From Chiloscyllium plagiosum (lineage: Eukaryota), in the NCBI RefSeq assembly GCF_004010195.1, contig NW_025213529.1, positions 1 through 33,978 of the forward strand: a DNA stretch of 33,978 bases, written 5' to 3'. Numbering within the stretch: the stretch's first letter is position 1; each line of letters opens with the position of its first letter. A program made the translations under genes and the position numbers. Of this stretch, positions 13,401 through 24,249 are shown in pieces. The notes under the pieces are model-generated. The model was not told the origin of the DNA, searched no databases, and saw nothing but the letters and a program-made list of their open reading frames with translations.

Positions 13401-13830
13401 ATGGAGACCAGCTGTCCCTATGTCCTATGTAGAGAACAGCTGTTCCAATGTCTAATATAGATAACAGCAGTCCCTGTGTAGAATATAGAGAACAGCAGTT
13501 CCTATGTCTAATATACAGAACATCAGTTCCCATGTCTACTATCGAGAACAGCCGTCCCTGTGTATCAAAGCAGTTCCCATGTCTAATATAGACAGCAGCA
13601 ATACCGTTGTATAATATAGAGAACAGCAGTTCCCATGTCTAATATAGAGAACAGCAGTTGCCATGTCTAATATCGAGAACATGGAGAACAGCAGTCCGGT
13701 GTATACTTTTGAGCCCAGCAGTTCACATGTCGAATATACAGAACAGCAGTCCCTGTGTCTAGTATAGAGAACAGCAGTTCCTATGTATAATATTGCGAAC
13801 AGCATTTCCCATATCTAATTCAGGGAATAG
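7447..13830 (+). repeat. Satellite B, 28-bp monomer (ATATAGAGAACAGCAGTTCCCATGTCTA / ATATAGAGAACAGCAGTCCCTGTGTATA), block 1
   Basis: Continuous 28-bp periodicity of GAGAACAGC with two main variants (ttcccatgtct / tccctgtgtat). Internal block duplications at offsets 446, 871 and ~4800. Confidence 0.95.
13219..13397. mobile_element. Penelope-like element terminal-repeat remnant in inverted (palindromic) arrangement, with degenerate hammerhead-like motif
   Basis: Non-satellite GC-rich insert. Arms 13219-13273 and 13281-13335 are reverse complements (3 mismatches in 55) around a 7-nt spacer. Contains (gaagaag)ggcttatgcccgaaacgtc, resembling the CUGANGA-stemII-GAAA hammerhead core known from PLE termini. 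Family assignment is by recall and inference. Confidence 0.65.
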
Positions 13831-14242
13831 CAGAGAAGATTTACCAGGATGTTGCCTGGAATGGAGAATAGGTCGTACGAGGATAGGTTGAGACTACTAG
13901 GCCTTTTCTTATTGGAACGGCGAAGGATGAAGGGTGACTTGATAGAGGTTTATAAGATGATCAGAGGAATAGGTAGAGTAGACAGTCAGAAACTTTCCCC
14001 GGGTACAACAGTGTGTTTCAAGGGGACAAAAATTTAAGGTGAAGGGTGGAAGGTATAGGGGAGATGTCAGAGGTGGGGGCATGGAATGCGCTGCCTGTGG
14101 GAGTGGTAGAGTAAGAATCTTTGGTGACCTTTAAGCGGCAATTGGATAGGTACATGGATGGGTGCTTAAGCTAGGACAAATGTTCGGCACAACATCGTGG
14201 GCTATAGGTCCTGTTCTGTGCTGTATTGTTCTATGTACTATG
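13831..14242 (+). mobile_element. CR1-clade (HER1-like) LINE 3' fragment: ORF2 C-terminus plus 3' UTR, degenerate
   Basis: Translates QRRFTRMLPGMENRSYEDRLRLLGLFLLERRRMKGDLIEVYKMIRG, a typical CR1 ORF2 C-terminal motif. After a frameshift it gives KFKVKGGRYRGDVRG..AWNALP. Ends in gtgggctataggtcctgttctgtgctgtattgttctatgtactatg, a CR1-type tail. Confidence 0.9.
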
Positions 14243-14780
14243 ATTCTCACACATTCTTGGACTGACTAACACACACGCACATACACACAGGGACACACAC
14301 ACACTATGGGACTCACATTCACACACACACAGTCGGGGACTCACACACACACACACTCTGGGACACTGTGATTCTCACACACTCTGGGACTCACACACAT
14401 ACACACACACACACCGCTACTCACACACACACGCACACACTGGGACTCTCTCTCTCTCTCACACTCACACACACTGGGACTCTCTCACACACACTCTGGG
14501 ACACTGTGAATCTCACACTCTGGGACTCTCTCTCTCTCTCACACACACACACACTGAATCTCACACACACACTCTGGGACTGCCTCTCACACACAAATTT
14601 TGGGACTCACACACACACACTGGGACACTGATTCTCTCACACTCTCTGCAACACACACTATGGGACACTGATTCTCACACACACTCTGGGACACTGATTC
14701 TCTCACTCTGGGACTCACACACACACACACACTATGGCTCTCTCTCTCTCTCTCACACACACACTGGGACACTGATTCTC
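14243..14780 (+). repeat. Satellite A, second short block
   Basis: Same ctgggacactgattctcacac / ctgggactctctc(ac)n units and same orientation as 1-2350. Confidence 0.9.
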
Positions 14781-15705
14781 ACCAGACAGTTCACTGTGTT
14801 AATTCTTTCAATGTGCCAAACTAAACTTTATCATTCAATGTGCCAAACTGCGCGTGTGACTTCAATAAGTAGAGTTTCTCTCATTTATTCAATGTCTCTA
14901 ATTTAACTCGTTCATTCATTTGAACAAACTGCATTCATTCAATAATTGAATCAATCTTGAATCATTGTTTCAATGATCCACACGGTATTCATTGATTTAA
15001 AGAAACAAAACGTAACTCGTTTATTTAGTGCACCCAACTGCATTCAGTCATTCCATTTATCCAACTGCACTCATTCATTCACTGTAACACACTGCATGTG
15101 CACATCCAAGAGTTGGGCTTTTGCCATTCATTCATTGAAACAAATTGCATGCATTCATTTATTGATACAGACTGGACATGTTTATTTAATTTTAATAGAT
15201 TCTCAAATTTTTCAATTTGTATCATCTTTTGTAACAAACTGCATTCAATGACACAGATGGACGTGTTTATTCAATTCTCACCAGGTTAATATTTTACTTC
15301 AAAGAAACAAACTGCATTCAGTCAATCATTGAATCAAACTTCAATCGTTGATTCAGTGAAACAAACGTTCTGCATTGATTGAAAGAAACACGCTTTGATT
15401 CCTTGAACAAACTGCATGCATTCATTCAATGAAATTCATTCAATATCATGTGGTAATTCACAAGTTAGAGCTTCTGGCATTCTTTCAATGTACTTTATCA
15501 TTCAATGAGACACTCTGCGCGTGTTAATTCAATGAGTTGAGCATCTCTCATTCATTCAATGTCATGTGTTTATCACATTAATTCAACGACACAAACCGCA
15601 CGTGTCAATTCAATGTGTATAGCTTCTCTCATTAATTCAATGTTAAGGGTTTAACACATTGATTCAATGAAACAAACTGCACCCATTCGTTCATTGAAAC
15701 AAACT

Positions 15706-15947
15706 TCCAACCTCATAGTCTGGGAACCCCGCACTGCCCGGTTCTACCTCCTTCCCAAGATCCACAAGCCTGACCACCCTGGCCGACCCATTGTCTCAGC
15801 ATGCTCCTGCCCCACTGAACTCACCCCTACCTACCTCGACACTGTCCTACCACTTCCTCCAGACCAAAGGGGTAGCCATGGGCACACGTATGGGCCCCAG
15901 CTATGCCTGTCTCATTGTTGGCTACGTACAGCAGTTGATCTTCCGTA
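15706..15947 (+). mobile_element. Penelope-like retroelement reverse-transcriptase fragment, internally deleted
   Basis: GC-rich island in AT-rich satellite. One frame gives [42 protein letters not shown] (PLE FYxLPKIHK..RPIVS motif). A second frame gives [25 protein letters not shown] (QxxGxAMG RT motif). The two join at ~15850. Confidence 0.88.
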
Positions 15948-18900
15948 TTTCAATGAGACGAGCTTTTCCCATTCATTCAATGAAACAACTGCACTCATTT
16001 AGACCTTGAAACAAACTGCATGCACTCATTATATGAAACAGACAGGACATGCTAATTCACTGAGTAGACCTTCTACCATTCTTTCAATGTGCCAAATTGT
16101 GTCAAGCGTAACTCATTTATTCAAGGAAATAAACCGAATTAAACTCATTCAATGGCACTCAGTCAACGATTGAAGTTTGAATGAATGCTATTTGTTTCAC
16201 TGAATTAAAACGTTAAGCTCGAGACATGGAATAAATCAGAGAGCTTTACTAATTGAATTAACAACTGCGGTTTGTTTCCTTCCATGAATGAGTTAATCTT
16301 GACACATTTAAGCTCTACTTAAAGAATTAAGAGGCCCTGTCTATTTCATTGAACGAATAGGTGCAGTATGTTTCATTGAATCAATATGTTAAACTCTTGA
16401 AATTGAATGAACTAGAGAAGCTCTACGCATTGAATTGACACGCGCAGTTTGGCACACTGAATAATGGCAGAAGCTCTACTCACTGAATTAACACTGTTTC
16501 ATTGTATGAGTGCATGCAGGCTGTTTCAATGAAGGAACGGGTGCAGTTTGTTTCATTGAATGAATGTTTAAAGCTCAACTCATTGGATAAGCACGTGCAG
16601 TGTGTTACTTTGAATGAATGAGTGCACTTGGATTAATTAAATAAATGAATGCAGTTGGGTACACTAAATAAATGAGTTCAGTTTTGTTTCTTTAAATCAA
16701 TGAATAACATTTGTATCTTTGAATCAATGATTCAAGGTTGATTCAATTATCGCATAAATTCAGTTTGTTTATTAGAATGAAAGCGTTAAGCTAGAGACAT
16801 TGAATACATCAGAGAAGCTCTACTCATTGAATTAACACCTGCGGTTTGTTTCCTTGCATGAATGAGTTATGCTTGACACATAGGCGAAGCTGTACTTTAA
16901 GAATTAACAGGTCATTGTCTGTTTCATTGAATGAATACATGCAGTTTGTTTCAATGAATGAATGGGCGCTGTTTGTTTCATAGAATCAATGTGGTAAACT
17001 CTTGACATTGAATTCACACGCGCAGTTTGGCACATTGAAAGAATGGCAGAAGCTCTACTCAGCGAATTATCAGCCATGTCTGTTCCATTGAATTAGTGCA
17101 TACAGCTTGTTTCAATGAAGAATAGATGCAGTTTGTTTCATTGAATCAATGTGTTAAACTCGTGACATTGAATGACTGAATTGTCACGTGCAGTTTGTCT
17201 CATTCAATGAAAGAGTGAAGCTTGGCACATTGAAAGAGTGGCAGAAGCTCTACTCAAGTGAATTAATATGTCCAGTCAGCTTCATTGAATGAGTTCATGC
17301 AGTTTATTTCAAGGAATAAATGCGTACAGTTCCAGTTGGTCTCATTGAATGAATGGGAAAACTCTACTCATTGCATTAACACTTCCAGACCGTTTCATAG
17401 AATGAATGCATGCAGTTGTTTCAATGAATGAATGCAGTTGGATACACTAATTAAATGAGGTATGTTTGTTTCTTTGAGTTTAACGCTTTCATTAATTTAA
17501 ACAATCTGCAATCATTCAAAAATTGAATCAATCTTGAATCATTGATTCAATGATACAAAAGTTGAATCATTGTTTTAAAGAAACAAAACGGAACTCATTT
17601 ATTTAGAGTACACAACCGCTTTCATTCCTTTAATTAATCCAACTGCACTCATTCATTCAATGTAACACACTGCACGTATTTATCCAATGACTTGAGCTTT
17701 TGCCATTCATTCAATCAAACAAACTGCATGCATTCATTCAAAGAAACTGACTGGATGTGATAATTCACTAATTGGAGCTTCTGCCATTCATTTAATGTGG
17801 CAAGCTTAACTTTATCATTCAATGAGACAAACTGAGCGTGTCAATTCAATGCGTTGAGTTTCTGTCATTCATTCAATAAAGAGTTTAACACATTGATTCA
17901 ATGAAATAAACTGCACCCATTCGTTCATTGAATCGAACTGTATGCTCTCATTCAATGAAACAGACATAACTTGTGAATTCACTGAGTAGAGTATCTGCCA
18001 TTCTTTCAATGTACCAAAAGGAACTTCATCATTCTATCAGAAAAACTGCGCGTGTATATTCAATGAGTTGAGCTTCTCTCATTTATTCAATGTCACGAGT
18101 TTAACACATTGCTTCAATACAACAAACTGCACCCATTCGTTCTTTGAAACGAACCGTAATTACTCATTCAATGAAACAGACAGAGCGTGTTTAGAGCATC
18201 TGCCATTCTTTCAATGTACCAAACTTAACTTGATCATTCAATGAGAAAACGTTCGCGTGTCAATTCAATGAGTAGAGCTTCTCTCATTCTTTCAATGTCA
18301 AGAGTTTAATACATTGATTCAATGAAACAAACTGCACTCATTCATTCTTTGAAACAAACTGTATGCATTCATTCATTGAAACAAACTGCATGCATACATT
18401 CAAAGAAACTGACTGGATGTGGTAATTCACTGATTAGAGCTTCTGCCATTCTTTCAATGTGGCAAGCTTAACTTGATAATTCAATTTGACAAACTGAGCG
18501 TGTCAATTCAATGAGTTGAGTTTCTCTCATTCCTTCAATATCAAGAGTTTAACACATTGATTCAATGAAACAAACTGCACCCATTCGTTCATTGAATCGA
18601 ACTGCAGCATACACATTCGCATGCAGTTCGTTTCAATGAACGAATGGGTGCAGTTAGTTTCATCGAACTGCAGCACACACATTCGCATGCAGTTCGTTTC
18701 AATGAACGAATGGGTGCAGTTAGTTTCATTGAATCGATGTGTTAAACTCTTGATATTGAATGCATGAGAGAAGCTCAAATCATTAAATTGACGCGCGCAG
18801 TTTGTCTCAATGCATGATAAAGTAACACTTGGCAGATTGAAAGAATCGCAGAAGCTCTAATCAGTGAATTACCACATCCAGTCAGTTGCATTGAATGAAT

Positions 18901-21900
18901 GCATGCGGTTTGTTTCCAGGAATAAACGCATGCAGTTTATTTCTTTCAATCAATGTAAAAGTTTGTTTCACTGAATAAATGACTGAAGTTTGATTCAATG
19001 ATTGAATGAATGCAGTGTGTTTATTTGAATAAAAGCGTTAAACTCGAGACGTTGAATAAATCAGAGAAGCTCCACTCATTGAATTTTGATCAAAAGGGAA
19101 ATTGTTTCCTCGCGTGAATGAATTTAATTTGAAACATTGAATAAAGAGGAAAAGGTCAACTTAAAGAATTAACAAGCCCTGTCTCTTTCATTGAATGAAT
19201 GCATGCAGTTTGTTTCAAGGAATCAAAGCATGTTTCTTTCAATCGTTTGTTTAACTGAATCAACGATTGAAGTTTGAATCAATGATTGACTGAATGCAGT
19301 TTGTTTCATTGAAGTAAAATATTAATCTGGTGACATTGAAAACGTGTGAGAATTGAATAAACACGTCCATCTGTATCATTGAATGCAGTTTGTTTCAATG
19401 GATGAATCAGTCAAACTTAAAACAATGTGTAAATGAGAGAAACTCTACTCATTGAATTAATACGTCTAGTTTGCTACCTTGATTGGATGCATGCAGTTTG
19501 TTTCGTAGAGTAAATGCATGCAGTTTGTTTCATTGAATGAATGGCAAAATCTCAACTCGTTGTAGGTGCACGTGCAGTGTGTTACATTAAATGAATGAGT
19601 GAAGTTGGATTAATTAAACGATTGAATGCGGTTGGGTGTACTAAATAATTGAATTAAGTTTTGTTCCTTTAAATCAATGAATACGGTGTGCATCATTGAA
19701 TCAATGATTCATGATTAGTTCAATTATTGAATGAATACAGTTTATTTAAATGGATAAACGGATGCTGTTTGTTTCATTGAATCAATCTGTTAAACTCTTG
19801 ATATTGAATGAATGAGAGAAGCTAAACTCATTGAATTCAAACTGCATTCAATCAATAATTGAATCAATCTTGAATCATTGATTCAATGATAGAAATTGAA
19901 AAATGTGAGAATCTATTCTCATTAAATAAACACGTCTAGTCTGTATCAATGAATGAATGCATGCAATTTGTTTCAATGAATGAATGGCAATAGCCCAACT
20001 CTTGGATGTGCACATGCAGTGTGTTACAGTGAATGAGTGAGTGCAGTTGGATAATTGGAATGACTGAATGCAGTTGGGTGCAGTTTGTTTCATTGAATGA
20101 ATGGCAAATTCTCAACTCGTTGTAGGTGCACATGCAGTGTGTTACATTAAATGAATGAGTGCAGTTGGATTAATTAAACGATTGATTGCGGTTGGGTGTT
20201 CTAAATAATTGAGTTACTCTACTCGTATAATTGAAACTCTACTCATTGAATTCACACGCGCAGTTTGGCACATTGAATGATAAAGTTTAGTTTGGCATAA
20301 ATGGATAAACGGATGCTGTTTGTTTCATTGAATCAATGTGTTAAACTCTTGATTTTGTACGAATGAGAGTAGCTAAACTCATTGAATTCAAACTGCATTC
20401 ATTCAATAATTGACTCAAACTTGAATCATTGATTCAATGATAGAAATTGAAAAATGTGAGAATCTATTCTCATTAAATAAACACGTCCAGTCTGTATCAA
20501 TGAATGAATGCATGCAATTTGTTTCAATGAATGAATAAATGGCAGTAGCCCAACTCTTGGATGTGCACATGCAGTGTGTTACTGTGAATGAGTGAGTGCA
20601 GTTGGATAAATGGAATGACTGAATGCAGTTGGGTGCACTAAATAAACGAGATATGTTTTGTTTCTTTTAATCAATGAATACCGTGAGGATCATTGAAACA
20701 ATGATTCAAGATTGATTCAATTATTGAATCAATAATTTTGTTCAAATGAAAGAACGAATTAAATTCGAGACATTGAATAAATGAGAGAAACTCTACTCAT
20801 TGAATTCACATGCTCAGTTTGGCACATTGAATGATAAAGTTTAGTTTGGCACATTGAAAGAATGGCAGATGCTCTACTCAGTGAATTAACACGAACTGTC
20901 TGGTTCATTGAATGAATGCATGCAGTTCGTTTCAATGAACGAATGTGCGCAGTTAGTTTCATTGAATCGATGTGTTAAACTCTTGATATTGAATGCATGA
21001 GAGAAGCTCAACTCATTGAATTGACGCGCGCAGTTTGTCTCTTTGAATGATAAAGTAAAGCTTGGCACATTGAAAGAATGGCAGAAGCTCTAATCAGTGA
21101 ATTACCATATCCAGTCAGTTGCATTGAATGAATGCATGCATTTTGTTTCAATGAGTGAATGCATGCAGTTTGTTTCATTGAATGAATAGCAAAATCTCAA
21201 CGCGTTGTAGGTGCACGTGCAGTGTGTTACATTAAATGAAGGAGTGCAGTTGGATTAATTAAACGATTGAATGCGGTTGGGTGTACTAAATAATTGTGTT
21301 AAGTTTTGTACCTTTAAATCAATGAATACCGTGTGTATCATTGAATCAATGATTCATGATTAGTTCAATTATTGAATGAAAACAGTTTGTTTAAATATAT
21401 AAACGGATGCGGTTTGTTTCATTGAATCAATGTGTTAAACTCTTGATATTGAATGAATGAGAGAAGCTAAACACATTGAATTCAAACTGCATTCATTCAA
21501 TAATTGAATCAATTTTGAATCATTGATTCAATGATACAAATTGAAAAATGTGAGAACCTAATCTCATTAAATAAACACGTCCAGTCTGTCTCAAAGAATG
21601 AATGCATGCAATTTGTTTCAATGAATGAATGGCAATAGGCCAACTCTTGGATGTGCACATGCAGTGTGTTACAGTGAATGAGTGAGTGCAGTTGGATAAC
21701 TGGAATGACTGAATGCAGTTGGGTGCACTAAATAAACGAGTTACGTTTTGTTTCTTTAAATCAATGAATACCGTGTGGATCATTGAAACAATGATTCAAG
21801 ATTGATTCAATTATTGAATGAATGCAGTTTGTTCAAATGAATGAACGAGTTAAATTCGAGACATTGAATAAATGAGAGAAACTCTACTCAGTGAATTCAC

Positions 21901-23294
21901 ATGCGCAGTTTGGCACATTGAATGATAAAGTTTAGTTTGGCGTATTGAAAGAATGGCAGATGCTCTACTCAGTGAATTAACACGAACTGTCTGGTTCATT
22001 GAATGAATGCATGCAGTTCGTTTCAATGAACGAATGGGTGCAGTTAGTTTCATTGAATCGATGTGTTAAACTCTTGATATTGAATGCTTGAGAGAAGCTC
22101 AACTCATTGAATTGACGCGCGCAGTTTGTCTCATTGAATGATAAAGAAAAGCTTGGCACATTGAAAGAATGGCAGAAGCTCTAATCAGTGAATTACCACA
22201 TCCAGTCAGTTGCATTGAATGAATGCAAGCGGTTTGTTTCCGGGAATAAATGCATGCCGTTTGTTTCTTTCAATCAATGTAAAACGTTTGTTTCACTGAA
22301 TCAATGACTGAATTTTGATTCAATGATTGAATGAATGCAGTGTGTTTATTTGAATGAAAGCGTTAAACTCGACACGTTGAATAAATCAGAGAAGCTCTAG
22401 TCATTGAATTTTGATCAAATTGATGCGTGAATGAGTTTAGTTTGAAACATTGAATAAAGAGGTGATGGTCAACTTAAAGAATTAACAAGCCCTGTCTTTT
22501 TCATTGAATGAATGCATGCGGTTAGTTTCCAGGAATAAATGCATGCAGTTTGTTTCTTTCAATCAATGTAAAACGTTTGTTTCACTGAATCAATGACTGA
22601 GGTTTGATTCAATGATTGAATGAATGCAGTGCGTTTATTTGAATCAGTTTAAATTAAATCAGAGTAGCTCTACTGATTGAATTTTGATCAAATTGATGCT
22701 TGTTTCCTTGCGTGAATGATTTTAGTTTGAAACATTGAATAAAGTTGTGAAGGTCAACTTAAAGAATTAACAAGCCCTGTCTCTTTCATTGAATGAATGC
22801 ATGCAGTTTGTTTCAAGGAATCAAAGCATGTTTCTTTCAATCAATGTAGAACGTTTGTTTCACTGAATCAACGATTGAAGTTTGATTCAATGATTGACTT
22901 AATGCAGTTTGTTTCATTGAAGTAAAATATTAACCTGGTAATATTGAAAACGTGTGAGAATTGAATAAACACGTTCATCTGTATCATTGTATGCAGTTTA
23001 TTTCAATGGATGAATGCATGCTGTTTGTTTCAGTGAATGAATCAGTCAAACGTAAAACAATGTGTAAATGAGAGAAACTCTATTTATTGAATTAATAAGT
23101 CTAGTTTGCTTCCTTGAATGAATGCATGCATTTTGTTTCAATGAGTAAATGCATGCAGTTTGTTTCATTGAATGAATGGCAAAATCTCAACGCGTTGTAG
23201 GTGCACGTGCAGTGTGTTACATTAAATGAATGAGTGCAGTTGGATTAATTAAACGATTGAATGCGGTTGGTGTACTATGTAATTGAGCTAAGTT

Positions 23295-23504
23295 TTAGAT
23301 TACATTAGATTACATTAGATTACATTACAGTGTCGAAACAGGCCCTTCGGTCCAACAAGCCCACACCGACCCGCCGAAGTGAAACCCACCCCATACCCCT
23401 ACATTTACCCCTTACCTAACACTACGGGCAATTTAGCATGGCCAATTCACCTGACCCTGAACATCTTTTGGACTGTGGGAGGAAACCGGAGCACCTGGAG
23501 GAAA
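23295..23504 (-). mobile_element. HE1-type V-SINE, 3' part only, copy 3
   Basis: Tail (ttagattaca)n and SINE body up to ggaaaccggagcacctggaggaaa, then an abrupt return to satellite C. Confidence 0.88.
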
Positions 23505-23925
23505 ACACAGTGAACTGTCTGGTTCATTGAATGAATGCATGCAGTTCGTTTCAATGAACGAATGGGTGCAGTTAATTTCATTGAATCGATGTGTTAAACT
23601 CTTGATATTGAATGCATGAGAGATGCTGAACTCATTGAATTTACGCGCACAGTTTGTCTTATTGAATGATAAAGTAAAGCTTGGCACATTGATAGAATGG
23701 CAGAAGCTCTAATCAGTGAATTACCACATCCAGTCAGTTGCATTAAATGAATGCATGCATTTTGTTTCAATGAGTGAATGCATGCAGTTTGCTTCATTGA
23801 ATGAATAGCAAAATCTCAACGCGTTGTAGGTGCACGTGCAGTGTGTTACATTAAATGAATGAGTGCAGTTGGATTAATTAAACGATTGAAAGCGGTTGGT
23901 GTACTAAATAATTGAGCTAAGTTTT

Positions 23926-24249
23926 CGATTACATTAGATTACATTAGATTACATTACAGTGTCGAAACAGGCCCTTCGGTCCAACAAGTCCACACCGACC
24001 CGCCGAAGTGAAACCCACCCCATACCCCTACATTTACCCCTTACCTAACACTACGGGCAATTTGCATGGCCAATTCACCTGACCCTGCACATCCTTTGGC
24101 CTGTGGGAGGAAACCGGAGCACCCGGAGGAAACCCACGCAGACACGGGTAGAACGTGCAAACTCCAGTCAGTCGCCTGAGGCGGGAATTGAACCCGGGTC
24201 TCAGGCGCTGTGAGGCAACAGTGCTCACCACTGTGCCACCGTGCCGCCC
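23926..24249 (-). mobile_element. HE1-type V-SINE, full length, copy 4
   Basis: Minus strand starts GGGCGGCACGGTGGCACAGTGG (A box), then GGTTCAATTCC (B box), V core and CR1-like tail. Confidence 0.92.
24184..24238 (-). promoter_or_regulatory. Internal RNA Pol III type-2 promoter (A and B boxes) of SINE copy 4
   Basis: A box TGGCACAGTGG (24228-24238) and B box GGTTCAATTCC (24184-24194) on the minus strand. Activity unknown. Confidence 0.7.

Noticed and set aside
7447..13830. 28-bp repeats as a CRISPR array
   Set aside because: Units are head-to-tail with no unique spacers, there are no cas genes, and the context is vertebrate retroelements.
13849..16009. Functional RT genes at 13849-14037 and 15667-16009
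   Set aside because: Short truncated fragments with frameshifts or deletions and no catalytic YxDD motif; recorded as mobile-element relics.
24175..24249. tRNA gene
   Set aside because: The A/B boxes belong to a tRNA-derived SINE head that continues into the V core and LINE-like tail. The same applies at 32715-32790.
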